Made by a program: the position numbers and the translations under genes
In this document: piece after piece, positions 1 through 13,120 of the stretch
Position numbering within the stretch: the first letter of the stretch is position 1
Layout of the letters: each line of letters starts with the position of its first letter
Source: Ylistrum balloti
Taxonomy: Eukaryota
Assembly: GCF_031769215.1 (NCBI RefSeq)
Contig: NW_026781872.1
Span: 186,001 to 250,000 of the forward strand
DNA length: 64,000 bases
Direction: 5' to 3'
Notes under the pieces: generated by a model
Databases searched by the model: none
The model's input: the letters and a program-made list of their open reading frames with translations, nothing else
Told to the model about the DNA's origin: nothing

Positions 1-800
1 TGTTTCAAACATATTTTTAAAGGTATCAGATTCTATAGTAGAAACATTCATCTTCCAAATTCCAGGTCCCAATTTGTTTTTTTCCTAATTCAAACTCTAC
101 ACTGACTAGATCGTGATCGCTAAAAATACAAGGGATAATTTTAGCAGCAGTTATTTCATTAAAAAAATTAATCACTTGATAATATAAAATCAATTCGTGA
201 TTTGGATTTGTTTCTTTTGAAAGTAAATTCTTTATTTGTAGGATTTCGCACGCGCCATACGTCTTTCAGTCCAGCGGAATCAATAAATGTTTAAGCTCTT
301 GAGTTATCGGTTCATCTTTGTGCGACGACGGTATACGGTCATACATGTTATTAAGTGTACAATTAAAATCACCAGTGTAAATATAATTAGAAGCAGTGTG
401 ATTAACTGTAAGCTCCTGTAAAAAAATTTTTTTTTTATTTCGGCGCTTATATTTGGTGCATATATTCACTATATTAAAAATAAATTTATCTTTCCTTGTT
501 ACAGAACATTTCAATAGTCTACCATCACTGTCGCGTTGTTCTATTATTTTCATATTTTGATCTAATCTGAATAGAAACGCTACACCACGTAACGCCGCGG
601 ATCCATTATTCCAAATACTTTAACTACCCCCCAAATTCCTCCATTCCTTGGCCCATACAAATTCACTTTCACTTGTACAATGGGTTTCTTGAATATATAT
701 TATATTGAATCTCCCTTTTTAACTAATAAAAGAAGTCACGCCGCTTCGTATTATCTCGTAGACTATTTACATTGATTGACACAAAATATATTGATTTCAA
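1..800 (-). mobile_element. Decayed ORF2 N-terminus (APE endonuclease) of an L1/Tx1-clade non-LTR retrotransposon; continues beyond the left edge
   Basis: Hand translation of the minus strand across stops and frameshifts gives SINVNSL...IQETHC...W..EW...SIWNNGS..RGVAFLF...DSDGRLL...GDFNC...DVWRVRNP..KEFTF....SRIDFIL...SDHDLV...GPGIWKMN. These are the canonical L1-type APE motifs. It includes track ORF 266..553. Confidence 0.93.
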
Positions 801-852
801 AGATGTAAATAAAAAGTTATTTGTTATCTTAGATTAAGCTCTATATTAAAGA

Positions 853-2003
853 TCAAATTATCAGTTCAGATACTCCCGTCTGGAGAACCAGCTTTGATGA
901 TCTTGTTCGCCTGTCTTTCCGCCGATAACGGGGTGGCCGATCTATGCTGTTGGTGCGTTTTCGACTTCCGGCTGGAGTATCGATACAGACACTAGTATCG
1001 GCCGACCGTGGACGATTTCTGGACGAATCAATGAATCCGGACATGACAGACCACATCCGTTTTACTCCCTCCTCGTTGACATGGATGCCTGCTGAATCAT
1101 TGGAATTACAACTTGTCCTTGCCGAAGGAAAACATCAGGGATATTCACGTATGTGAGGTTTTCACTTTTGTTGCAGAGCTTCTCAGAAAGTTTATTTACA
1201 CTCTCAGAATTTTCATTGGCCTGTTTTACCTTCTCGCTCTGATCTTTCCAGGGTATAATGCCGCACAAACCAATCGCGGGAGATGGAAATGTATCCTGAA
1301 CTTTCCTTATTGCTGCGGACATGTTACATATCACTTGTTCCGGATCATTGCGATTGCGAGCTACGTCGTTTGTGCCTAAGCAGAGCGTAACGTCTTTGAC
1401 GGTTGTTTCCTCGGGAAGAAGTACTATTGCCTTCTCAATAACAGCATCCATATTTTCTAAGGTAGCACCAGAAATAGACGCGTTAATAACGATATTGGAC
1501 GTTTTATTCGCTCGTTTGACGTTGGACGACCCGAACACTACTGATACTAGCGGAGGATTGTTTGACGCTGTTTTAACTTTCGTTGACGCGTTAACGGACA
1601 GCGAGTCATTCTGCGATTCGTCACTGATAGCCTGTTTTGGCTGTTTCCACACAATCTCTGCCTTCCTGTATTTCCAGAGCATAATCACCATATTCAAGAA
1701 AAGGACAGTTCATAAGAGTATGGCCAAATTGGTTACAATTGTAACACTGTGGGCCGTCCCTATTTGGACAGTCCCGTGCCACCTTTACAAACAAAATAGT
1801 TTTTGGGACTAGTAATTCTATTATGACATTTGTAACTAGGGTGATTTTTCTTTCCACAATGAACACATTCGGTACGATTATTGTCTGCGAAAATGCGTAT
1901 CTCAAAACGGCCAATACTGTTCATGATGGGGATCGTGGGCACACATCCTACCACACATAGATACCTAGTACCATTTTCAATCTCCGTACCGCGTACATTA
2001 CAG
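853..2003 (-). mobile_element. 5'-truncated, frameshifted ORF1 of the same LINE: RRM-like tail, three CCHC knuckles, SGNH/esterase-like domain and basic tail
   Basis: TEIENGTRY..IGRFEIRIF..CVHCGKKNHPSYKC (ORF 1760..1954), then a damaged second knuckle, then CYNCNQFGHTLMNC (ORF 1621..1914). The esterase blocks are VFGSSN, SGATL and LGTND (ORF 1062..1697). After a frameshift near 1100 comes DSAGIHVNEEG, which runs into ORF 853..1056. Confidence 0.85.
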
Positions 2004-2311
2004 TATATACACTAATAGATCTCAATATAAGCTGACTGCTCGTACATTAGTCGCCGTTTCATTGACGCTAGGTTTTGTGATGAAATTAGTCGGTATTGCA
2101 AACCTTGAGTACAACTCAGAAGTAACACTAGAAACTAGCAAGCTTCATGTCGGGTAATTTATAGATAACGCTTCATGGTGCCTTAGTCGAAAAAATCCTG
2201 GTGTCGTAGCTGTAAACAAGGACCTATACCACGGCTTGTTATCTTTTGATCAATGTAAACGGTTTGTTGTATAATGAAAATATCGAATATAAAATCAAAA
2301 GTAAAACTAGG

Positions 2312-2540
2312 GTAGTAGGGTGGCGCAGTGGTACCGCACTTGCCTTTCACGACGTTGTCTGGGGTTCGATTCCTGGAATGGATATGAAAAGGCTTAGGGT
2401 CACTTGCCCCACCACGTGAATTTTGCCCGGGTACTCCGGTTTCCTCCCACCCTTCGCGCGCTTCCATCCCGGCCAACAAGAGTGAATAACGTAAGTTGGG
2501 AAAAACATGCCTCACAAGTTTATTATTATATCATTATTAG
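2312..2540 (+). mobile_element. tRNA-derived SINE with V-domain-like core (BivaV-like)
   Basis: Pol III A box TGGCGCAGTGG at 2321-2331 and B box GGTTCGATTCC at 2363-2373. Core CCGGGTACTCCGGTTTCCTCCCAC at ~2427-2450, then a (TAT)n-like tail. Homologous copies occur elsewhere in the window. Confidence 0.82.
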
Positions 2541-3985
2541 AAACAAATTATTGCTGTAACAACAAAACGAAATACATATCTGATCTGATTGTAGGTACAA
2601 ACTGATATCAACATAATTCGTGTATAACAGTATGTATATCAATGTTACTGTATATGTATCAAACGTTGATGATCCCACCTAGCGCGTTTTATTGAATCAA
2701 ACACACATATTTCGTGTATGGAAACACATTGATACAAACATACGTATCACCAGTGTGCTTATAATAATAATACTATGTAATAACTAATTATGTATATAAT
2801 AATGTTATTAAATGTTAATTACCGTAGCGACTGTACAATATCTGATAAACCTCGACTGATTTAGTTGCTTTGATCACACTGGAATATTATACAATGTTTG
2901 CTTGCCGAACTATACGCTACGTACCTTACAATACACGTTGTTTGGGATATATAACTTTAACAATCGGCAAGTTTCAATTAATATTCAATAATAATATAAC
3001 TTATTGATGTTAAGTTAATTTGGATAAAAAGCAATAGTGCCACACTATATTATAAATCACTTGAAATAGACAATGTATGTAGCAAAAGGATTCTTGATAG
3101 TTGAATGAATTGTGTAAGTATGCACATGTCCTTGTACACTCAGTTCTGAAATTATTTGGCATTGACCTTGAAAACGGAATGTAGGAGAGATATCAACATA
3201 ATTGTGAAAAAAGTTACTATCGATACATAACAAAGAAGTATTGATCAATGCAGCCAGCAGGTAATCATTAGTTTCTTTTTTACATTTTAACAAAAAACGT
3301 CATTTTAGATACAGTATAAATATATATTACCTGTTAGCTGGGAATAATTTAATACGTATTTACATAATGAACGATATTCATGGTAATGCCTGTAACAACT
3401 ATACACTAACTGATATACTGAGTACATTAGATGATCTGGCCACATGAGGACATTGTACAAGGTTTAATTATAAACTCCAATCAGAGATGTCTGCTCAAAG
3501 GCTGAGATGATATTGGGTTTCAAAGTACAAAATTATTGAAGACACAAAAAAATCGACTAATATTCCTTTTGTAGCCAGCGACACACCAGGATTATTTTTA
3601 TAGAGGAACTGTTTGTATGATGTAAAGCAAACAGTCGATACAATCACAATGCTATAGCTGTATAATTTTAAGCAAGGTACCGTGTCAGCTCTCGATCTGC
3701 TCAACAATGTAAACTATTGACAATGGTAAAATGAAATATATAGAAACTAAAACCAAAAAGTAAGAAGTGGATGTAACATCATAACGAAGCCATCTTAATA
3801 GTTTTCGTCTGAATATATTTACCAACTAATCTAATGAAATTGTTATTAGGCAGTATGTATATCAATGATACTGTATCTGTACCCTACGTTCATCAAAAAA
3901 AAAAAAAAAAAAAATGCAGATTTCATACATTATATACACCAGCATTACCAGTTAGCTTGCAATAATAAGAAGAATGTGCTACAAG

Positions 3986-4146
3986 GTTTGCGCAACTGTG
4001 TTCAACATCTAGCAACAAAATGGAAGCTGAACAAAACCCACATTTCCTTGACGAAGTGGCAAGTAAATGTAAGTTTAACGTCATGTCGAAACCTCGGATA
4101 CGTCACAAATAGACAGGAATTGCACCAAACCGTTCTACAGAAAATG
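3986..4146 (+). pseudogene. Decayed sulfotransferase exon 4 (relic of an older paralog)
   Basis: AAG acceptor, then GLRNCVQHLA.. and, after a frameshift, EQNPHFLDEVASKCKFNVMSK...gcaccaaaccgttctacagaaaat. This aligns by eye with exon 4 of the intact copies (DLRSCVQKMA..QDPEFLDEVARKCQFNVMS..gcaccaacccgttctatagaaaag). Confidence 0.85.
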
Positions 4147-7100
4147 TCACCCTGACACATCAGATAATAAAAAAGATTAAAACTTCAGGTTTGTGTGTAC
4201 GTTATCACGTGTGGTAAAGCCATACTTACTAATATATGTTACATTATATTCATGTAAACTAAAAAAATCCAAAAAATTGATTATTAATAGGTGTGTTAAT
4301 CACGGAAGTCAGGGAAAGTCTTATGATTTCCACTATTATCCTTTAAAGTATAATTTCTTGCGAATTGAATCCGTCTTTAAAATAGCCAATGATAGAGCCA
4401 TTCGAAAATAATGTTTACAGTGATTGAGATTTTCATAGTATGTTTTCTGTTTGAATATTTGAGAAATAAGGTCTTGTAGTTTTAAAAATTGCCCTGAAAC
4501 GAGTGATTTAGTATCATAAGTGTATATACAACTCCATCATAACCTTTAAGTTGAAATAGTTATACTTTATTACGGGAACTTTAAACAAGCTGATTTTATA
4601 TATTTTCAGTTACATTAACAAGTCTGATTTGAAACGAAATCCAATAGAATCAAACACGCGTATACATGTATATCGATTGCAAAGTTATCAGCTATTTCCT
4701 GAACACAAATTATATAAATACATTTATGCAGTTTAATTAAACTTCAAAATCCAAAAGTGACGGTGCGCGTTTTAATCATTAGCTTCATTTGGACAAGTCG
4801 GCAGAAACAATCGTAATCAATGTATTAAACTGTCATGACGTTCTTCTCTCTGTTTTGCCGGAACTCATTCCCCATCAGATAGTGAGCATATATTATCAGA
4901 CGAAATTTTTCATTATGTGAAAACATGTATATTTTCGTTGAATATAGACAAGGAGATTCGGAAATGTAAACACGTGAACAGAATCCAAACTCAAATTAAT
5001 AAAACTAACCCAAACTATTTACAACGTAATTATTTACATGGATACTCCTGAAAAGGTACAAGGAGAATAAGTCCATATATTCCAGATGAGTAAGCGTTTT
5101 ATGCTTCATCACCGACACCCTCCATGTAATACTGGTCAATTCCCGAAAGTAATGCCGCAAAAAGATACCATCTAAACCTCGGTCAATTTAAGTAGGAAAT
5201 GCCAAGTTCTTAAAAAAAGAACAAGTTAGACAACAACGAAACCAACAGGCAACGAGCATCAAACATGTCTAGGTATATATCGCACAAAGAAATAAAATAT
5301 GTCTCAATGAAATCAGTAAGACGACATTAAAATACCATACAATCTTCATAAGCATGCATTTATCGAAACCATGTTACGAGTTTGTCAGCTGTCGGTATCT
5401 TAAATGGATAAAGAGGAATTGAAAACAAATCCTTGAATATCGATTCGACTGCGACCTGCAGAACCATAGATTAGGGAAGTGGAGATGTTACTACTCAGAA
5501 ATAACAAATGCACACCAGGAAAATAAAAAACATCACTTATACCATAAGCTTGATCGAAAGCTATATCTGTTACTTTCGTTGTAGTAGTTTATATTTGTTT
5601 TATTATTTTTTGTTGACCAGGGTAAATAATAAATAAACGAAATCAACGGAGAAGGTCAAAATAACAAAAGTCAAAATGTGTAACAAGAATTTCTGTCATA
5701 TCAAACTGCACTTTGCGCCTTCTCTACTTAAATACCGTCGGCCTTATCACTGGAAATGACGTCAGAGTCGGTCATTCATAGTGAAGGAAGTATTCTGTAA
5801 GGAACGCTGGTATGTTGACAGGCTATGCGTTATTCTATGTGAATTTATTTATAGAACGTTCACCAGCGTCGGCCCTTTATAGTGAAGCAATCATGATGTC
5901 AGGGGCGCTGATTTGTGAATTGTTTGACAAGTAAACAGAGTATTTACAGGGCAGTGTCAAATTCGGTGTCGCATAGCTGTTCTGTTAGGATCTAGAACGT
6001 CTGATAACACCCTCAGCTAGTGATCAATATAGCCACCAGAAACACCATCACAGGATAGAACAGCAGAACTGTACACGAGGTAGGTACATTGAATCTTTTT
6101 GTACATCAATATATGAGATTCTGAAAAGAAAAAAATGTAAATTGTTTACGGTGAAGCATTAATGATATGTTTAACTGGTACCGACATAATAAGGTAAATC
6201 TGCTTATGTACATCATGTTCTGTGCGACAGGTTTTCAAAAACGTTAATATTTTATTATCATCATGATATCACCAATCATTGTAATTTTAACATAAAATAT
6301 GCATATTTGATATACATTTTGTTTCATACCATTATTTACTATTGTTCAAAATAGCATTAAAATTAATAATAACAAACGAGGAATCAAATATTTAATGTGC
6401 AAGTAATATGATAATGTCTGAAAAACAAAGGGTGTATAACAGAAAAATCTAAAAAAAATAAAAAAATGGAAGTATTGCAAGTATGTCAGTATAATACAGG
6501 CTTTTAAGCAATTATAGTTGCACTAGGCTGTCTGTAAAGTTTATATCTTAGTTTGCACTTAATGTCATACATTGTGACCCCGTAATCTGTAAATAACGTT
6601 TACTGTGTACACATGAAGAACAACGTAGAACAAGATATCTCAATAGATAGCAGAATATTAGGGATCCGACTTGTTTACGTCGGTGGTAGATCTATCGTAC
6701 ACCAACGGAAGCAGCATTTTATAACAAAACGGCTTATATAAAGCTAACTGTGGATAAAAAACACATGCTAGCTACAATAATGCTATTTGTTCAATCAGCA
6801 AACCTGTTAACATATCGATTTAGATAGATTAAAAGAGAACGAGTTATTACGACCATATGATATCAGTAAGCCGTAGCGAGGACATCTGATCACTGAACAA
6901 AGCCAAGCTTTTGTATGGTTACTCTGTTTTATAAATATGACATTTCATCACTCATTGACTACAATGCTAAAGAATGAAATGAGAACTTCATCGTTAGCAA
7001 AACTTAAACAGGAAAAACAAGTTGGAAGATGAAAGCATTGTGTTGACATTGAGACCAACGGATATAATCTAGCTTACCTGGTTGATTCCTCAGGTTTATC

Positions 7101-7544
7101 AAATTTAACGATATCAAACTTTGTCGTTAGTTAATATTCGGTACATGATTTGGACATTGCTCTTCATTGGACTAAAAATATAAGACATGATAATAAGATA
7201 ATATATGCAAAGAATACAGTTTATTGTTGGCGTATTCAATCTTGGTAATCTTCACGAAGGTGTGTTTTCATGAACGGTAGTTAGACTGTATCTATGAATT
7301 ATTACCCCTTGATATGCTCATTATATTAATATTGTACGGAGATCTTGTTTACTTACATGTCTATTCAATTCAACATTTCAAATGAAAATCTGTCTTTTGC
7401 TATTTGAACATTTTACTTTTATTTTTCATCCATTTCTCTGCAAATATGATAGCTTTATAAAAGACAATTCGAATATGGCAACATACTCATTATCAAAACT
7501 CAAATTCCATAAAAGTAGGGCAAACATATGAAGAAAAGAAATAT

Positions 7545-7645
7545 TTACACGGAAACTCCTGAAAAAAGTCAAATGAGAATAAGACCAGGAATTCCCGAAG
7601 ACTAAGCGTCTTCTGTTTCATCGCCGACACCCTCCATGTAAACCA
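7545..7645 (-). mobile_element. Short 3'-tail fragment of the same retroelement family as 54490-54600 (also ~5035-5150, 15865-15965, 24113-24213 on minus and ~49150-49220 on plus)
   Basis: The reverse complement ttacatggagggtgtc..agacgc..tcttc..ggtcttattct..ttttccaggagtttccgtgtaaat resembles ttacatggccggtgctgtc..agacac..tcttccgg..attctactttttccaggagtttccgtg. Confidence 0.55.
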
Positions 7646-8115
7646 AAGTCAATCCAAGTGAGTAATGTCACGTTATCAAATGAGAACAAGGAAAAAACAT
7701 GTTTTCTCCGATAGGTTTGTAATTGTACAATTGCGGGCAAGCTATTGTTTATTTCGTGTACAACACCTTCTCCTCGGTATTTTAATGATCTTCAAAAGCA
7801 TATAATTTAAAAAATATTTCATGATTCTGAAGTGTTTAATCTGATACAATTCCTATTAAACTAAGAACGCTTTAGTTCCGTCTCAACACATGCCCTGTTA
7901 TTACGAGTTTAGTTTAAAAACTCTGATTGAAACTTTGCTCTTCAGGTCTCAATTTCCCAAATTTGTCTAGTCAATTCTTGAAACGTGCTTATGGCATCTT
8001 GGTCGTGTTTTCAATGTTTGCTGAGATTCATCAGTCAATAAAATATATTACTTATGATTGAATGTTTACTTTATTTTCAGAAAAAATCTAATATATTGGT
8101 GAGCAAATCGTCATC

Positions 8116-10989
8116 ATGGAAATCCGAAAAATTGTGGATAGAGGCGGGGAAGAGATAGTTAGCAAATATTACGATGGAATTAATTTTCCGCCAGTGGTTA
8201 GTGGGAATGTCAAAGACCATTTAGAGGCAATTAGGAATTTAAAACACAAGAACGGCGACATACTTCTCGACACTTTCCCTAAAACTGGTATGTAAAGATA
8301 CTTGATGTCTCATCGTCAATGAAAGATTAAGTCATATATTTTCATGAGGCTTGATATCGTGGATTTAAATACCTTAAACTAATTATGACATTTTAACTGG
8401 GGCCCACATCCGATTCCGTGAATACTAAAATTTGTCATGTATTTCATTGTCTCATTATCTCTTAGAAAACAGCAAATGGCTATTAGCGATGAACGGTGCT
8501 TTTCATGTACATCAGTTCGTCCATATCATGGTGCATTAGTTTTGAGGTGGTCAGGTTGCCAGTGATAACGCACTCGCCTTTCACCTTGCCGTCTGGGATC
8601 TGATTCCCGAAACGGATGTGAAAAGGAAAGGAGTAAACTGACCATGCACGTGGGTTTCCCCTGGGTACTCCGGTTTCCTCCAACAATAAAACCCCTTGCG
8701 TGCGTTCACCAAAGCTACGAAGAGTGATGTATATCAGTTGAAAATAACTTGTTTCGCTATTGTTGTAAACGAAGGAAAGTTTTTTGTAGATTTGCCATCT
8801 GTGCAGCATATATAAGCATAACAGTAGTATATGTAGAATATATATGAATTACTAACATTACTTATTTATTCAAGGAACGCACTGGGGATTTGACATTTTG
8901 TATATGCTGCAAAATGGAAAAGCTGAATACAGCACAGACAACACCGCACCTTTAGATTTTGCACCTGCAGAGAAAATTGAAGCCTTAGATAGCCCAAGGG
9001 TTCTGGTATCACATTTATATCCGCAACATATTCCGAAATTCTGCACAGAGGAGAAATGTAAAATCATCTATATTTATCGTAATCCTAAGGATACGGCTGT
9101 GTCCATGCATTCCTTCATGAAGAGACTCGACATGGAGTTTATACGAGGTTATAATGGTAAATGGGAAGACTTCTTTGAACTATATGCCACACAGCCTGGT
9201 AAGTGTAATCTGAATATTTTACTACTCTATCTACTATCTACTCGGGTATATCTCTGTAATAAAACGGTCTCTTTTCTTCACATACATTTATGATTGATGA
9301 ATCTTTGAACTAGCTAAAAATTGAAAATACCGTAAAATTTACAGTCAACACTGTTGATTATTCCTGGATGTGTAATGTCAGTAAATGGTGCATTACTACA
9401 GTTCCGTCTAAGATGAGAGGAGTATCATCCAAGATGTTTTATATATTTATGTTTTTTAAAGTTTTTCTCCTTTTGTTTTTTTGTTTTGTTTTTATCTTGA
9501 AAAGAACGACAAAGGATTTTGTGTGAACTGTCGTTATTACTCCGCTGTGATATAGCTATATATTTTATCATTTTAGGCCATTACAACACCTGGTTTGAGC
9601 ACGTTAAGTCATGGTTAGATTTCAAAAAGAAGAATCCAGATTTACCTATCCTGTTTGTATCATTTGAGGACATGAAAAAGGTGTGTATTATTGTTTTATG
9701 GTACAGAATATCTTCATATACCTATTTTGAAATCGCCAGGTAATTATTTGATAAAGATAATAAATGATTAAATATATGGTAAGTGCATCTCCCCATTTGT
9801 ACTTGATTTCCTCTTAGATTTTTTCTGGATTCCAATATTCTAGTTTCCTAGTATCACTTCCGAATCTTATAAGAACAAAACATACGTTGACCAGTGAACT
9901 TTACTAACAGGATATATTGTAACTATTTATGTTTGTATCAAAAGGCGATGTGTACTTGTGAGTCTTTTCTACAAGCATCTTCGCTGGTGCGTTCATACTA
10001 TCTATCAATGAAAAAAACTGATTAGAATGCTATGTTAGAATGTCTTCTTTAAAGCATCTATAACCTTTGTTTATGCAATTAACCTTTTTGTTATGTTCAG
10101 TTCTTTTATAAATAAATAACTTTCAAACAGAATGGCATTTTGTAGAGATCGTCGTTGTCTTCAAGAATAGTACGTCTTCAAGTTTCTGAGTATTGTTTCA
10201 ATTTCAAGTTAGTGTTTATATAAATAGATATTACAAAGGTATCGACTGGACATTATCATTAAGGGATATAGATAAAGTTCTTCCATTAGTATTTCAACAA
10301 CCAATAACATGATACTGTCATATTGAAGGACTTACGAAGCTGTGTTCAAAAGATGGCAGAATATTTGGGAACGAAACAAGATCCAGAATTCCTTGACGAA
10401 GTGGCAAGAAAATGTCAGTTCAACGTCATGTCAGCGGCAAAGTCCTCAAATGCAAAAGAAACAGCAATGTCCAAAGATGGCACCAACCCGTTCTATAGAA
10501 AAGGTACACCTGTTGTAAATCACTTTGAACATGCACACTGATTTTAATGTCATGGCTGTATTAACAATATGTATAGCTGTATGTGGGACCGGAAATTCCC
10601 CCCAAGGCTGTTTATATCCTCCAGGCTAGGTTCATGAGATATGCGTTCATTTTCTTTCACGTCTTTACATATATTAGAAATAAATGTAGATATGTTTGTT
10701 TATCCAAGCTTCTGATTACTTAATAGTCAGAATATTTATGATCAGTGTCGTTCACGTGTTAATGTCATGTTGATATCACTTGAGCACAAAAATAATCGAT
10801 TAAATTATAACGGTAAAGATTATGATACTTATGTGTTGTCGTAACTTGAGGAAAGTCTTCTTCTTTACTGTTTAAGGTGAAGTTGGAGATTGGAAGAACT
10901 GGCTAACAGTGGCACAAAACGAGATGTATGATGCAGTGATTAAAGAAAAAATGGTTGACATTGATCTAGACATTACATATACATTGTAA
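8116..10989 (+). CDS. Cytosolic PAPS-dependent sulfotransferase (Sulfotransfer_1 family, SULT1-like), copy 1, 295 aa
   Basis: Exons 8116-8287, 8875-9198, 9577-9680, 10329-10503 and 10877-10989. All introns are GT-AG and phase compatible, total 888 nt. Motifs: 5'-PSB FPKTGTHW, catalytic SHL, 3'-PB YRNPKDTAVS, C-terminal RKGEVGDWKNW. Confidence 0.95.
8546..8750 (+). mobile_element. V-domain-like SINE in intron 1 of SULT copy 1
   Basis: Degenerate tRNA head (gccagtgataacgcactcgcctttcac...ctgattccc) plus core cacgtgggtttcccctgggtactccggtttcctcc, homologous to 2312-2540. Confidence 0.75.
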
Positions 10990-12840
10990 AATCATTTTGT
11001 GAGCTTTTCTGAAATGTCACTCTCCTACTAAAACCGTTGTTTTGTTTTGTTTTAAAAATATCACAAACTGAGAATGAGTAATATATTATATGTATATATG
11101 CGAAACTTCAAAGTGAAAATTGCATTATTTTATGTACTATGTTTGACACATAGTAAACAAGGACAATTTTACGTGACAGCGAAATAACATTGCTTATTCG
11201 TCAACAATGTTTCAAACACAACCATTTGAATGCAGATGTCGAGTTGGCATCGGAATTTTGTCAACTTGCACAGGAGGAGATGAATGAGAGTATGTCTTAA
11301 CACTCACCGCAGTATACATCGGACAATCTATAAAAATGGACATATTTTCAATTTGTTATAGCCTGATCATATACTAAGCTTGTCGTTCGAGGCACATTAC
11401 AGACTTGATCTGTGTATCACATGTACTCTGTGAATATTCACATCACAACAACACAAAAAGGGACATGCATACTTGTACAAACAGCAATTATTATCAACGT
11501 TATTCATATTTTGGGTTCTCTATTCATAAATACATCAATCAAATGTTTTCAATCTACTGTCATCCTCACAGGACCGTACTGTTCAACAAAAAGCGAACAT
11601 GACCTTTCTACATATTATCTAAAAAAAAGCGAAAAGAGCAGGTGAAAATGCACCTAAGAGTAAATACAATTACCGAAAGAAAGCATGAAATAACAAAATC
11701 CGTTTTTTTACATGAGATGTGTAATAAAGATAAGACCTATATTAGGATATACATTTAAACAGTTAGTAACGATATCTATATTTAGTTATTAATGAATGAT
11801 TAGTATAAATGTATATAGCTATGGGGTGAGTGTCTGCCAGGTCAACACTGTTTTTAGCGATGTATTTTGAACTACTTCTTTGACTAGAATTTTAGATATA
11901 TTTGTAAATTGTGTGAGTAAAAACATAGGTTTGTAAGAAATTATTTTTATATATATGATAAAGAACATGTTAACAACCGGTTAGATGCGACAAGTAAATT
12001 GACGCATTCTTTTGTTAGATTTTTTAATTATGCTGATAAAAATCATTGTCTATAAGCTTTTGATAGGGAGGTTACAGCTGTTCTATAAGTTTATTTAAGT
12101 TTTCTTGGAAAGACACATACATTGTATATAGTGGATATAACGAGAGGTGGATCCGCAAGACATGCTATGATACATTTTATTATTTCATAACACCATCGTC
12201 TAAAATGGTAAGTTCTTTATCAATAATCGCTAACGATGTTACCACTTTCCGCACTACTTTAATGGATTATACATTTCATTTTCTATTACATTTCATAATA
12301 AATTTGCATTGAAATGCTAAATTTCCGTATTCTGTATATAAATATAAATGTAATCAAATCAGAATGATGTATCGAGATATCAGTTTGATATATTTGCGTT
12401 TTTGAACTTACATTTAAAATGGTTGTCCATAAAACAGTGCATAGATAAATTTAATGACCGTAGTGACCACAACTGTGTAAATCTTGACTATATTAGATTG
12501 TATGAACACATGGGAACATTCTAATAATTTACTGGTCAATATATACACTAAAAGATCTCAATATAAGCTGACTGCTCGTACATTAGTCGCCGTTTCATTG
12601 ACGCTAAGGTTTGTGTTGGAACTAGTCGGTATTGCAAACCTTGAGGACAACTCAGAAGTAACACTAGAAACTAGCTTCATAAGGTAATTTATAGGTAACG
12701 CTTCATGGTGCCTTAGTCGATAAAATCCTGATGTCGTAGCTGTAAACAAGGACATATACCACAGCTTGTGATTTTTTGATCAATGTAAACGGTTTGTTGT
12801 ATAATGAAAGTTATCGAATATAAAATCAAAAGCAAAACTA

Positions 12841-12933
12841 GGGTGGTAGGGTTGCGCAGTGGTACCGCACTCGCCTTTCGCCAAGCCGTCCGGGGTTCGA
12901 TTCCCGGAATGGATATGAAAAGGCTTGGGGTCA
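12841..12933 (+). mobile_element. SINE head truncated by a deletion (spacer 1)
   Basis: gttgcgcagtggtaccgcactcgcctttc...ggttcgattccc...gggtcac is orthologous to the 2312 SINE, with shared upstream flank, but stops before the V core. Confidence 0.75.
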
Positions 12934-13120
12934 CCTATCTTAAACGGATAAAGCGGTATTGAAAACAAATTCTTGAATATCGATTCTACTGCGACCTTTG
13001 AAACCATAGATTGGGGAAGTGAATATATTACTACTCAAACGCACAACATGGAAATAAGAAACGTCACTTTTACCATAAAACTTGATCGAAAACTATCTCT
13101 GCTGCTTTCGTTGTAGTAGT

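Noticed and set aside
944-1812. Plus-strand ORFs of 70-163 aa
   Set aside because: Antisense shadows of the LINE ORF1, with no recognisable motifs.
2312-2385. Functional tRNA gene
   Set aside because: A and B boxes are present, but I could not fold a cloverleaf. It continues into a SINE core and has several decayed dispersed copies.
3430-3475. Relic of SULT exon 3 (catgaggacattgtacaag|gt)
   Set aside because: The similarity is limited to ~20 nt and could be chance.
8898-10541. Track ORFs as standalone small proteins (and their duplicates)
   Set aside because: They are single SULT exons read through into introns. Splicing explains them fully.
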